64,000 bases of DNA from Leucoraja erinacea (taxonomy: Eukaryota). The notes beneath the pieces are model-generated. The model saw only the letters and a list, made by a program, of their open reading frames with translations. It did no database searches and was not told the origin of the DNA. Shown in pieces: positions 1 through 13,333 of the stretch. The number at the start of each line of letters is the position of its first letter. The first letter of the stretch is position 1. The position numbers and the translations under genes were made by a program. The stretch covers positions 48,360,001 to 48,424,000 of the forward strand of contig NC_073385.1 of the NCBI RefSeq assembly GCF_028641065.1, in the 5' to 3' direction.

Positions 1-224
1 TGAGTGAATAGTTGATCGTCAATGAAGTAAGAAATTAGCTTTTTGTGAGCCTTTGCATATTCCAGATAAATTAAAATGAGGCGATTCATCCTGCTATGCA
101 TCCTGATGCTACTGTAGAAGGAGGGAAATGAAAGAAAAATGTGACGGTGTCCCGGGGCAACCAAGCAGTCTTTCACCTCTGCAAAGGAGATGTGGTACAA
201 TGCAATGGCCCGGATGCCTTTGGA

Positions 225-1650
225 ACCTTACCTTCTTATCCCTTCTCAAACTTTTTTTCCCATTAATTCGAGAATCTGTTGCAATTTTTCCTGTACTCAC
301 TTCCCCTTCAACTCCATCTTTATACTCCCAATTTGTCAATCCCTCCCCCCCCACTATTTAGTTTAAACCCACACGTGTAGCCCTAGCAAACCTGCCTGCC
401 AGAATGTCTGTCCCCCTCCAGTTAAGGTGTAACCCGTCCCTTTTGTACAGGTCATCCTCTATCCCAGAAGAGATCCCAGTGGGCTATAAATCTAAATCCT
501 TGCTCCCTGCACTACCCCTCAGCCACACATTCAGATTCCCTATCTCCCTGTTCCTGTCCTCACTAGCACGAGGTACTGGAAGCAATCCAGAGATAACCAC
601 GCTTGAAGTCCTGCCTTTCAGTCTTCTTCCCAACTCTCTGAACTCATGTTGGAGAACCTCCTTCCTCTTCATCCTGATATCATTTGTGCCTACTGCTGGA
701 TATTCACCTTCTCTCTTTCTCTCTCGAAAGTTCTGAATTTGGCTCATGACATCCTGAACCCTGGCACCAGGGAGGCAACAGACCATCCTCGCGTCTCGTC
801 TGCCACCACAGAATCTCCTGTCTGCTCCTAGGACAATGGAGTCACCCACCACTATGGCTCTGCCTGACGCTGGTCTCGCCGGTCGAGTCCCATCTCTAGG
901 ATTGGAGCCACCAATGTGTCCACCACTCGGACTGGAAACAACGTTTTCCCCGACAGTTCTCAAGAGGGCGTACCTGTTTCCATTAGGTGCAGCCACCTGG
1001 GTCTCCTGTACTCCACGGTTACCACCCTTTCTCTCAGTCACACACCTTCGTTCTTCCCGTATCCTCAGCGTGACAACCTCACTGAAGGTCCTGTCCAGGA
1101 AACTCTTGTTTTCCCGGATGTCCCCGAGGTCATCCAGCTACTTCTCCAGTGCCCGAACACGGTCCTTCAGGAGCTGAAGCTGGACACACTTGCCATAGTT
1201 GTAGCAGCCAGAGACTCCATCTGTGTCCCTGGGCTCCCACATTCTGCAAGCATCACTGTCTCATCTGTCCTGTCATGTGTTCACCACGTCCCGTCCTCGC
1301 GAGCTTTTGCGTAGCCTCCTCTCCTCAGCCTCCTCGCCGAAGACTCACACTTAACTCACAAGGCACCTCCCTCACTGCTGCTCCCTTGGAGCAGCCTTAC
1401 TTATATTGACTGAGAAATTGCCTCATTTACAAATTCCTCAGTTTAAAACTGTTTTTCCTCTGTGCGTTACTCACCTTTCCCATGGGTTTCAGCCAATAAG
1501 CTCTTCTCCCTGCTTTGCTTTGATTGCTCCTTGTCCAAGATCCACATCAGCACTGGGCTAATACTGGCTATTGGGCACAGTTTAAAAAAACTGTGTTTCC
1601 CCTCTGACTCACCTTTCCCACATTGTCTATTCCATGGCATAGGCAAGTAG
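225..1650 (-). mobile_element. CR1 LINE 5' portion: 5'UTR, ORF1 with SGNH/GDSL esterase domain, start of ORF2
   Basis: ORF 484..1041 has IVVGDSIV..CCLPGARVQDV..GTNDI..VVISGLLPVP, typical of CR1 ORF1 esterases; frameshifted. Confidence 0.85.
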
Positions 1651-4589
1651 AAATTTCTACAGCGGGAGGTCACACCCACACAGAGACCAAAAAGGTATCA
1701 AGGAATATGGGTTTAGTACAAGGGAGTGGTAGAGGTAAAATAATTTGATGAATAATGGACAGGCATCACAAGCTAAAGGGCTTATTCCTGTCTCTATTTC
1801 TAATACTCTTAAATTGGGCATCCATGCCAAAATACGATCTGTACAGAACTGAAAGACTGGACACTATCAGCTTAGGCACAGTATTGTAGCAAGTTGAGTT
1901 GCTCCCTCACAGTACCAATGCAATAGGTTATATCCTGATATCTGGCGCTGCCTGTATTGAATATGCACATACATTCACATAGGTTTATTCTATGTGCTAC
2001 AAATTTTCTTTCCACATCTCAAAAGGGGTATAGATTGGAAATTGACTACTACACATTTTGCCATGCAAATTGATGGGATTGTGTGGAAGAATGTCACAGG
2101 GAAAATTGTTTTGTGAGCATGTATAAACTCTACGGCCAAAATAGCCGCCTGCTATGTTGCAAGAAAATATGGAAATATTCCTTGAATTAAGCCGTTTTGT
2201 TCAGCCGCTCCTGCTATATTTTACATCTTTTAAATTTGGAAAAGAGTTATTAATTAGTTATGAAAAGTGAAAGCAGTAAGACAGGGAACAATGTTGCTAA
2301 TTTGCTGATCTGCAAACAGCTACTGGTTCAAAAGAGCAAATCCTATATCAGTTTCTGTCATCAGATATATCTGCGTAGGAAATAAATTCAAATACATTTA
2401 CACACACATACTCAAATCTTCCTTCCTGGAGTCATGCTTTGAACATTTCTGGTCACCAGTATTCCTACTGTAGATAAATGTGTTCAAATTCTAAATGTAC
2501 AGATTGATGCATATACTGCAAGCAACATGACATTCAAGTACCATAAAATGCCGACTCAATGGAATCTCAAATTGCTTCTCTCTAGAATCAGGTCAGGCAC
2601 ATCTAGAACTATAGCATACGCACTGCCATGAAGTACATAGATGAACCTTTGCAAGCTCAAGTTCAAGTTGACGTCATGTGTGAAAATAAAAACTCTTGGA
2701 ACATCAGCACTATTCAAATTTCAGACAAACGTTAAAAGACTTTAGTGATGGTTATCAAAAGGAGTCAAATTTATTAACAAAGCCAAAAGCATATTTGCAT
2801 TTTCTTCTCCCTCAATTTGCAGCCACAAATACTAACATGGAGCTTTTCTTTATACACCTTCGCACAAGGCTGCCATTTAGTTTAAAGAAATATATAATTG
2901 GTCACAGATAATAATGGGCTCCAGTCTTGTAACTTTTGTAAATGAATACCCAAATCCATCAACATTGAAAAGGAAAGGAAGGGGGGAATAAAAGAGTCAA
3001 GAGAATTTATCTGGGAAAAGGGGAACTAAAATACAAATAATACGCATCAAGTATGTGCTCAGCTGAGAAACAGTTGATTAGATCAACCACAGGACCTAGA
3101 TAGGAAGTTGTTCGTGAAGAAAAGCAATACAGAGTATTTTGAAAAGCTACTGATTGAGAGGAACCACATACGAGCATTTGGCAAAAAGCCTCTCAGGGAG
3201 AACAAGAGACTTGAAACCATATTCCAACATCTGAATAGGTTGTTCATTTTATAAATTTATCTTGCAATACCCATCGTAGAGGTGACTGACGTAATATTTG
3301 AATTTGAGGAGTCCACAAATCATTTGATTAAGCTTCTCCTGTTTCTTCACACTTCGACAAGGCAAAATAATAAAGGAATGAAGACAAGGTAATAAAACTT
3401 CATATTTAATTTAATAATTCATAGATTTTACTTTAGAAAGGTGATTCTTAATCTGGTCGACGAATAAATATGTAAAATGCAAATGTAATTTACAAGTCCA
3501 TTTTTGTAATTGTTATAACTATTTCTGCACTGAAAAATAAAATTAAGCGGATCTTGCAGAAGAAATAAGTATAAAACTAACACCACTGATAATAAAAACA
3601 GAATTTTTGTTAACCTTTACTTCCACCATAACTCTCAATTACATCTTTCTTTCCCATGATTTTATTTTGGCCATTTGAACTGATGTAGGAGTTAACTGAT
3701 AAAATATTAATACCTTATTAATCTTGATAGTCCAGGATTTAAAAAAATTCCACCCCACAGCATCATATCTGCTCACATTGATGACAATCAAGATGATCCA
3801 AAAGTAAATATAAATAGCATAAATATTAACATTGGCCCTGAATATCATTAATACTAGAGCTGAGAGGCAAATGCCGGGTAAAATAAATACCAGGTAAGGA
3901 TTTAGTTATGATTTATGAAGATTTAAATTCAGTTAGGAATCTTGAAAAACAGCCATTGTACATTTTCCTAAAATGTTCTATTTCATAATGCTCACCTGTA
4001 AAATAAAATCTACAGAAGTAAATAATGGAGTACAACAATATCAAGATGCGCATTAGAACCATCTATGGGCCTTTAATTATATTACTATCAAATAAATCTT
4101 AGGAGTTTCAACATCATTATAATAACTTCAACAGCCACAATAAATATTAGCACCTTTCCAGTTACAGGTATCTTTCTGAAAATCTCCAATGTTAGTGGCA
4201 ACACAATAAGCAAAATAAGCTGTCCTTGCTTTAAACTGCACTCATTTATATCAAATTATGATTTCTGGGTCAGACTCCAGGCCCACAACAAGAAATCCAA
4301 GTTAAATTAAACTATGTGGCAGCAAGCACCTTTCTTTTCAACTGAGAAGCTAATTTGCCTGTTTAAAAATAGAATTATCTTTTTTTTTTTAAAATGTGAG
4401 CTTTGGATTAGGCTTGAATATAAAAAGATCAATTGTAATTTTAACTCCGAACTCATTCATCTTGGAAGTAGCTGTAAATCTGTTCCAGTAATAACGTTGT
4501 TTAGTTAAGCTTAATGTAATCAAACTAAGTCGAATGTGGTTTCACGAAAGATGGATAATGTATGATAGAATTTGTTCAAGGATGAGCAA

Positions 4590-5530
4590 GTTCGCAAGGA
4601 TGTAACAAGAGGAACATGAAAATACAGTATATGGATTTGACCACACGAAAGGCTGGTGCAAAAAGTCAAGCTCATGGGATTGGGGAAAGGAGTTGGCATG
4701 CATTTAAGATTGGTTATCACACGAAAGGCGGAGTATCAGAATTATCAATCTTTTGCACGTTGGATGTAATTAGTAAGGTGCTCCATGGATCGGTCCTTGG
4801 CCCTCAACTAGTTATTCTTCATATTAGTGATCAGAAGCCTTGGGGGGGGGTGGCAGTGTGTAAAGTAGCCAAAAAATGTTTTGAAGTAACTCAATGAGTC
4901 AGGTAACAAGTTTGAAGAGAGGTGGGGGTGGTACAAAGCTTAGTAAGTGATAGGTGGGTAGTCCATGTCAGAAAATGGTCAATAAGCTGGAGCAACAGAA
5001 TCGCAGGGGGCTGTAACCAAAATATCAATGATTCATGTTCTCCAGAGATGCTGCCTGACCCACTGAATTACTTCAGCATTTTGTATTTTTTTTTTCTGAA
5101 TCAGCATCTGTAGTTTCTTGTGTTTGTAAAGTACCCAAGTTTGTTGCAACAGTATAAATAGATTGAGCGAATAGAATAAAAATTGACAAATGGAGCAATA
5201 TGTGTGGAAATGCAAGGTCATGCACTTCTGAAAGGAATTTAAGGACAGACTTATCTAAATGGATAAAATTAGCAGATGAGCATAGTATTCTTGTGCATGA
5301 TTTACAAAAAGTCAGCAAGCAGGTGCAGGTCAAAAATGCAAGCAGCATGTTGGCCTTTATTGGCAGTGGGTTGGACTTCAGACATGGGAGAGTGGTGATA
5401 CAATCTTACAGGGTACTAACAATGTCATAACTGGAGGATTGCACATCTAATCTAAGGAATCATATACTGGCATTATAGGCACTTAAAACATGATTCACCA
5501 GGTCAATTCCTGGATCAAAGGGTTGAAACT
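4590..5530 (+). mobile_element. Degenerate CR1 RT fragments interrupted by a Penelope tail fragment
   Basis: Remnants such as VLHGSVLGPQL and aagcagcatgttggcctttatt. Confidence 0.65.
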
Positions 5531-5557
5531 AAACGTTCTCTTTTTCATGGGTTAAGA

Positions 5558-6024
5558 CAGGGGTCGGCAACCCCGGGCTGAATGCGGACCGTAACCCATA
5601 ATCATCCGACCAGTGGGCGGATTTTTTTCCTCGTAATCATCCGGCCCGCAGAGCGCCCACCCCATGCACGGCCGAGCACCCGCCCCGAGCTCTGGCTGTA
5701 CCGAATCCTGCGCAAAGCCGCCGGCACGGCCATGCACCTTCTGTGAACACGTTCAAGAAAGAACTGCAGATGCTGGAAAAATCGAAGGTAGACAAAAATG
5801 CTGGAGAAACTCAGCGAGTGAGACAGGCAAGGAATGCATAAGGCTGCCTCACCCGCTGAGTTTCTCCAGCATTTTTGTCTACCTTCCGTGAACACATGAT
5901 TTGATGCCTGCCATCCGGGGTAGGATGGGGGCAGGATCCATGTGTACAATTGATAGATGTGGCCCACCATCCGCTCACAGATATGCGTCCCAGCCCCTAT
6001 GCAGAAGAAGGTCGCCGACAGCTG
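5558..6024. mobile_element. Non-autonomous hAT (Charlie-like) MITE
   Basis: TIRs CAGGGGTCGGCAACC / GGTCGCCGACAGCTG; perfect 8-bp TSD GGTTAAGA (5550-5557, 6025-6032). Confidence 0.9.
5751..5887. mobile_element. Penelope-derived fold-back mini-element nested in the hAT MITE
   Basis: Inverted arms gaaggtagacaaaaatgctggagaaactcagcg / cgctgagtttctccagcatttttgtctaccttc; TSD GTGAACAC (5743-5750, 5888-5895). Confidence 0.8.
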
Positions 6025-6774
6025 GGTTAAGAGATTCCTTAGTCAGTCAGGCATGACATTCCCAATGAGGTGTTAAGGACATCCTGAATATTTTCCTTTG
6101 TTCCTGATAAATCTCTTCCCAAAACAAAACTCAGAGCAGTGTATTTGTTTCAACCCAAGCGGATGAGGGCACGCTCGGGCTGTGGCTAACTTGCCCCCCA
6201 CGGCACCGAGCGCTCCTCCGAGTCATGAGAACTTTAAACTCAGAGGGCAGGCAGCCATTTGTTTCAAACAACTGGTATCAGACACACAAACAATGCAACG
6301 TATCAATGCAGCTGACCAAATGTAACTAGTGCCTTAATACTGGGAATGGGTGGCCTGGGAGGACATTTTTTTTCAGTGAATTTGGAGAAATTTGTGGAAA
6401 CAGCTTTTTTTGGTTTCTTTCAGGTGTTTTGAGATGTTTGCCACATATGCGAGCAGATTACACCAAAGCTCTGCAGTCCTGTCACATTGAATCATGAGTG
6501 GTGGTAGACAGTTAAACATCAGATAGAAATTGGAACATTGTATCCTCAGCAACAATTGGACCAGTACCTGAATACTGAATTCCAGGCTAAAGCATTCACA
6601 CTCACGTGCAGGCAAAAGTGCCAAATTCATCTCAACTTCTTCCAGGGTTCAATCATTGCCGATCATTTCAATCGCTCCACATAAAAATCTAGTAGCTGAG
6701 ACCATACCACTAATGGTGTGGGGCTAGAGAACATTCTGGCTAAAGTAAAGTTGACGTGCTCCAGATCAAAACAT

Positions 6775-7003
6775 TTTAGAAACATAGAAATTAGGTGCAG
6801 GAGTAGGCCATTCGGCCCTTCGAGCCTGCACCGCCATTCAATATGATCATGGCTGATCATCCAACTCAGTATCCCGTACCTGCCTTCTCTCCATACCCCC
6901 TGATCCCCTTAGCCACAAGGGCCACATCTAACTCCCTCTTAAATATAGCCAATGAACTGGCCTCAACTACCCTCTGTGGCAGAGAGTTCCAGAGATTCAC
7001 CAC
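6775..7003 (-). mobile_element. Young 5'-truncated CR1 3' end
   Basis: (tagaaaca)n tail and the CR1 3' terminal sequence also seen at 41337 and 59160. Confidence 0.85.
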
Positions 7004-8347
7004 TCAAGTTCACTCAAATCAAGTTGTTCCAACACAGTTAAAACAGACATGTGCCCAGAAAATGTGCCTGGTTCCAGGCGGAGGACGTTACTGCTGGAGT
7101 TCCTCAATGCAGTGTCCTTGGGTAAACCAGCTTCAATTATGTCATCAGTTACTTTTTCTGTATTATAAAAAGGTCAAAAGCGAGGACGCTTGTTGATTAT
7201 AAAATGCCAAATTCTATTCTTAACTTCTCAACAAATGTAACCACCCAAAAATGCTGGAAGCAAGATCCAGGCAACATTCAATTACTGGGAAATGTATTCC
7301 TGCCACACAACTGTGTCAGGTAATGAATGTTTTTAACAAGAAAGAATGTCTAACATTCAATGAAAATGACCAGTGATAATTCCTGCACCACTATTAATAT
7401 CCTTGGGTGGGAAAATTATCACTGATCACAAACTCAACTGGACCAAGCACAGAAGTACAGTAAAAAGAAGAACAGGTCAGAGGTTGGTAATTCTGCAGCA
7501 ATGACATCCCCAAAGTATTTCCAACATTTCCACAGCACGTCAGAACAGTTGGTTATCAATATGCTTTTTCCAGTACAACTTCAACAACACTCACGTTGTT
7601 CGACACCATCTATCAAGCTGCTCTCCATATTAATGGAGCTGAAAACTACTTATAAATAAAGTGGCTATTTCCCATAAATCTCCTGTCTAACTTCTAGTTT
7701 AATACCTATGGATGACATTTTCATTGGACTCCAAAGGGAAATGTATGTGTAAATATAAATCAGTGCACAATGATAGAAGTACACCAATGGAATTTTGTAC
7801 TATCTTTTAAGCAATTAAATCGGATTGACAAAGCCACTGAAGGCAAGTGTAATAGTGCCTGTACTATGGCCCCAATGAGACATCAATGTCCACTGTCTCT
7901 GATTACCACACTTCACTTTCTTCAACAGCTCCCTTTATATACTTTTTCCTTAATGCAGCCTTCTTTTGATGTCGCTGTTCCTCTGGCAATCCAACCTTCA
8001 CTACAGTTAAGACTGCAAATTTCCACTAGAAAGTGGTATTCAAACAAAACCCAATTGTGACAGCCTGCCAGGTCAGACTCAAAACTCACTAGGAATTTAA
8101 AATTTAATTAAAGTAATGCTGAGCATGAAAATTTGTTCACCACGATTATTAAGATCATGTGCATAAATTCTTCCCCAGTTGACGTGAATTTCTGATGCAC
8201 TGCTTTATTGGCATGGATACTTTGGAACCCAAAGTTACATTTCATAATGCATCTGTGTACTTTACAGATAAGTTAACTATGTGAAGCTTACTTTCACTCC
8301 TCCAGTCACTGCATGGTTTTGTTTAAACAAAGTAAATGATTGGAATG

Positions 8348-8503
8348 ATAGACACAAAAAGCTGGAGTAACTCAGCGGGACAACAGCATCTCTGGAAAGA
8401 AGGAATGGGTGATATTTCGGGTCGAGACCCTTCTTTGGACTGGTTAGTGATAAGGGAAACAAGAGTTATAGACGGTGATGTGGAGAAATAAAGAACAATG
8501 AAT
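8348..8503 (-). mobile_element. Penelope-derived short insertion with degenerate hammerhead core
   Basis: Penelope terminal sequence; 15-bp TSD TAAATGATTGGAATG (8333-8347, 8504-8518). Confidence 0.8.
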
Positions 8504-9262
8504 TAAATGATTGGAATGTTTGGAATTCCTGATGGTACAAGGTTATTTGGGAGTTAACAATTTTGTCAATAGCTACATTACTCATGTTGTGTATCAACTC
8601 TTTACATTCAGCATGAATCATTCATAATTCATTTTAGAAGTAATTTAAAATACAGTGGATAAATTGGATGCTTAATTGTTCCCTGATACCCAAAAACTAG
8701 TTAAAGGTACAGAGCTTACATTCTCTTTTACAACAAATCGTTGTTTAGTTGTACAATTCAATGAATCTGATACATTTGAGATGACACCAGAATAATGTAT
8801 AAAAACATCATAAGCATAATTAAAAGTCTTATATCATTTGTATACTCCTAACCCATACATAATTGCAGATGAAACTCGATCACTCCAAATGATCCAAGAA
8901 GCCATTCAATTGTCAAAATACGGGTCCCATTAGAGATGGGTAACATGTATCTGTCAGCATAACTCTTAACTTGCAGTCAAAATTTAAAAGAAAAATTAAA
9001 TGAAGAAATATTTCTGAGCAGACATTTTGACCATCCATGGTTTTAGAAAAAGTGATTTTAAGCCACAGCTGACATGCCATAAAAAGGTAGACAAAAAATG
9101 CTGGAGAAACTCAACGGGTGAGGCAGCATCTTAGGAAATAAGTTTTCTTGTAAAAAGACATTTAGAACCCCATTCCCAAAGCAGTAATTGCCACCACAAT
9201 CCATAAACTTGTCAAATTATTTTATTGGTGTTTTAGCAAATTACAATGTAATAATGGAATAA

Positions 9263-10086
9263 GGGTGGGCGGCGCGACTGACGTCGCAGCGGCCTCTGCA
9301 GTCTGTCCGTCTTTTTTTTTTGTCCCGTTGAGGGTTTTGTTTGTAGTGGGCTTTTAAATGTGTATGTGTGGGGGGCGGGGGGGGGGGACTTTTAAATCTC
9401 TTCCCTGCACGGGGACCCGACCTTTTCCCCGTCGGGTCTCCGTTGTCGTTGGGGCCTAGCACCGTGGAGCGGCCTCCAACCGGAACGACCTGGGGGCTCC
9501 AGTTGCGGAGCCTGTGGAGCTGCGGACCTACCATCGTGGAGTTGGCCAGCTTCGGAGCGTGGAGAGTTCAGAGTGTGGAGAGCTGCGGTGGCGCGCGGCT
9601 GCGACCCGACTCCGGTGGATGGTGACACTGGAAGCTCGCGGGTCCCCGGTGGGAGACTGTTTTGCGGGGCACCGGCAACGGCGACTTCTCCTGCCCGAAT
9701 TGCAGGGTTGAAAGTGGCCTGGAGCGGGGCCTTACATCGCCCGGCGCGGCTTAAACAGCCGCGGGACTTGCTAGCGCCTGCTGGGGGCTCCAACATCAAG
9801 ACCCGGAGCAGGGCCTTACATCGCCCGGCGCGGCTTTAAATGGCCGCGGACTTGCTAGCGCCCGCTGGGGGCTTTGACTTTGACATCGGGAGAAGAATGG
9901 AGAGCAGGGGAGAGACAAGACTTTGCCTTCCATCACAGTGAGGAGGAGATTCACTGTGATGGATGTTTTTGTGTAAATTATGTTGGTGTGTGTCTTGGTT
10001 CTTTTCTTGTATGACTGCAGAAACCAAATTTTGTTTGAACCTCATGTGAGGTTCAAATGACAAATAAATAGTATTGTATTGTATTG
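9263..10086 (+). mobile_element. GC-rich non-coding retroposon with 3' stem-loop and (GTATT)n tail
   Basis: Internal ~84-bp tandem duplication (9721-9875); 3' hairpin tttgaacctc-atgt-gaggttcaaa, then tgacaaataaa and a microsatellite tail. Confidence 0.7.
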
Positions 10087-10589
10087 AAGGCTTCAAATGC
10101 ACAGAACATTTTTATAGCGATTAAATTGACTGAAATTGTTAAACTCAAAAAAGAACCACAGCTTTTAAACTACATTTAAAAGCATTAAGTTTTAATTCAT
10201 TAGATCTCCTCCCAGCCATAGAATAGTGATCATCTTGTCACTTCAACACTTAGGTGGATACGAGTTTGATTTACTGTATTCCATGAGAAAACAAGAAAAA
10301 CCTGGATTATAGTTACCTTAGCTGCAGTATGGATACAGCACCAGATGGCATTACATACAGCAAACCAGTCAATATATCATGCTTTACTTTTGTAAATTTA
10401 ATTCCTTCAAGAGTGTAAAGAATTGTAAAAACATTTATACATGGAAAAATCCCGGCTCTATCGACTGCTGATTGATGGCACAGGTCTATTGTGATGAAGC
10501 GCTTCGAGAGATTGGTTATGATGCAATCAACTCCTGCTTCTGCATTGACTTCAGCCCACTTCAATTCACCTCCCACCACAACAACTAGA

Positions 10590-11130
10590 TAGCAGATGAG
10601 TTTTTGCTGGCTCTCCACTGTGCTGAACTACTTGGACAGCAGGAACACAAACGCCATGTTGTTCATTGACCACAGTTCAATAGCCAACATTTTTCCTGCC
10701 AATCTCATCGTCAAACTCAGGGAACTGAGCCTCTGCTCCTCCTCATGCAACTGGATCCACAAATTCCTCACAATAAAATAAAATTCTGGAGGAGCTCAGC
10801 AGGTCAGACTGCATTTTTTTTTGAGACAATATCAGCACTTTGCACAAAATTCCTGCCTCTCAGTTTCATGTGTTTCCTAAACTTCCTCATCAGCAGACCT
10901 CATTAGCAACAAAACCTCATCCTCCTCAGCACAGAGTCCTCAGTCCCCTGTTCTACTCTTTCTACATACCCACAAATGTGTAGCCAGACACAGCTTCAAC
11001 TCAATTTTAAATTTATTACCTTCATTGGACAAATTACAGACAACAGTGAGTCAGACTACAAGAGGGATTATGTGGGAGTGATGCCTGAACAACAATCTTA
11101 CACATTAGCAAGATCAATAAGCACCAGTCT
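10590..11130 (+). mobile_element. Degenerate Rex1/Babar-like LINE RT fragment
   Basis: AMLFIDHSS..LIVKLRELSL..CNWI.KFLT remnant. Confidence 0.65.
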
Positions 11131-11279
11131 TCGTCGGTAGCTTGTTATTCTTCTACAAGGACAGGTTGGACAGACTTGGATTGTTTTTTCTGGAAAGCCA
11201 GTGGTTGCAAGGAGGTTGGATAGTGGTATGTAAAATTAAGAGACATAGATAGGGTAGACAGTCAGAACCTTTTCTCTAC

Positions 11280-12343
11280 TAACATAGGCAATTCTTTCTC
11301 CTCCCCAGCTAGTCTCTGCTGTGGGGTACCACAAGGTTTTATCCTTGGCCCCATTCTCTTCTCCCTGTACATGCTCCCCTTAGGCCAAGTCATTGAAAGG
11401 CACGACGTTTCCTTCCATTGCTACGCAAACGATACGCAACTCTATCTCCCCCTGAAGCCCAAAAACCAATCAAATCTGCCTAACCTTACCTGCTGCCCCG
11501 AGGATATAAAGTGTTGGATGGCCCAGAACTTCCTCCAACTAAATGAGAGTAAGTCTGAGGTCATCGTTCAAAATGATAGCAGGCAACCTTGGAAGCCTTA
11601 CCCCACTACTCAAACCTCGCGTCAAAAACCTTGGTGTGATATTTGAGTCAGCACTGAAATTTGACAAACAAGTCAATGCCGTGGTCAAAGCTAGCTTCTT
11701 TCAGCTTCGGACGATAGCTAAAATAAAACTATTCCTCCAATTTGATGACCTCGAAAAGATCATCCACACATTTATCTCCTCCCGCCTAGATTACTGCAAC
11801 TCCCTTTACACTGGCATCAGCCAATCTTCCCTGTCCCGCCTGCAACTGGTCCAAAACGCCGCAGCAAGACTCCCGAAAAAGGGACCACATCACCCCGATC
11901 CTGGCCTCTCTCCACTAGCTCCCTGTGCGGTTCCGAATAAATTTCAAGATCATCCTTCATGTCTACAAAGCCCTCAATGGGCTTGCCCCAACCTACATTA
12001 AAAGTCTGCTCACCCACCACACCACCTCCACCAGGTCCCTCAGATCGGCCGACTTGGGGTTACTGAATATCACGCGGTCTAGGCATAAACCCAGGGGCGA
12101 CTGTGACTTTGCGGTTGCAGCTCCTAGACTGTGGAACAGCAACCCTCTTCCCATCAGAACTGCCCCCTCCATCGACTCCATCGAGACTAAAAACCCATCT
12201 GTACTCCCAAGCCTTTCTCGACGTCTTCTGAGCAAGGGCTATATGTATGTAGTTTGTTTGTTATAGTATTCTTATACATATGTAAAGCACTTTGGCCAAC
12301 GAGAGTTGTTTTTTAAATGTGCTATATAAATAAATGTGACTTG
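11280..12343 (+). mobile_element. 5'-truncated L2 LINE inserted in a CR1 3' fragment
   Basis: GVPQG.ILGP, FHCYANDTQLY, FISSRLDYCNSL, FAVAAPRLWN motifs; L2 3' tail tgtaaagcacttt..aataaa; CR1 resumes at ~12345. Confidence 0.9.
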
Positions 12344-13040
12344 ATGACTTTTTCCCAGAGTGGGGAATATCGAATACTAGAGGCCATAACTTTAAGGTGA
12401 GAGGGGAAAAGATTAAAGGATATGTGTGAGGCAAGTTTTAAGCAGAGGGAGGTGAGAGCCTGGAACACGCTGCCAAGGCATTTAAGAGGCCTTTGGTTAC
12501 ATAAATGAATACGCAGGTAATGGAGGCTATGGATCATGCAGAGGTAGGTAAAAAATGGTCTTGGCATTATGCTTAGCACAGACATTGTGGGCCAAAGGGC
12601 CTGTTCTTGTGTCAAACGTTCTATGTTCTAAGACAAATAAACACTTGACTCTCAAGTTTCATCAGGAAATTTTCAGATAAACCTCAAATATTATAAAAGC
12701 AGTACCATAGATTCTTGGGAAATTGCAATTTGCCCTTTGTTTCCAACACAAATATCACAACAATTACACAATATTGTGGTATTCAACAGGCTGCTATTTT
12801 ATTATCAACTTAATTATGAATTTCTGGCATAAACAGAATGAGTGTTAGGAATAGCAATGCATCAAATATAAAAATAAGTGAAAAGTTAAATAATTAACAC
12901 AAATGATTAGCTACTATCTCAGTTCTTTTACCAATCCAGGTTTTCATGGATTATATAGGGGAATTCTGAGTGCTGTGTATAATAAACCAAAATACCACAG
13001 GGTGCTCGGTCTGAAACAAAGATAAAAGAGAAAGTAATTT

Positions 13041-13333
13041 TGTTTAGTTTAGAGATAAAGCACAGAAAAAGGCCCTCCGGCTCACCGAGCCCGTGTCGAC
13101 CAACGTTTCCCGCACACTAGGGACAATTTACAATTATACCAAGCAGATCAAATTAAGATCTACAAACCTGCACGTCTTTGGAGTGTGTGAGGAAACCGGA
13201 AATCCAGGAGAAAACCCACACAGGGGTTGGGCAGAACGTATAAACTCCGTACAGACAGCAACCATAGTCAGGATCGAACCCGGGTCTCTAGCGCTGTAAG
13301 GCAGCAACTCTACCGCTGCATCATCGTGCCGCC
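13041..13333 (-). mobile_element. tRNA-derived V-SINE (HE1-like) with CR1-derived tail
   Basis: A/B boxes (gcagcggtagagttg..ggttcgatcc on the minus strand), central V-domain, (aaact)n tail. Confidence 0.85.

Noticed and set aside
3639-4250. Hydrophobic ORFs with nearby splice-like motifs
   Set aside because: AT-rich sequence with no similarity to PALS1 or any protein I recognise.
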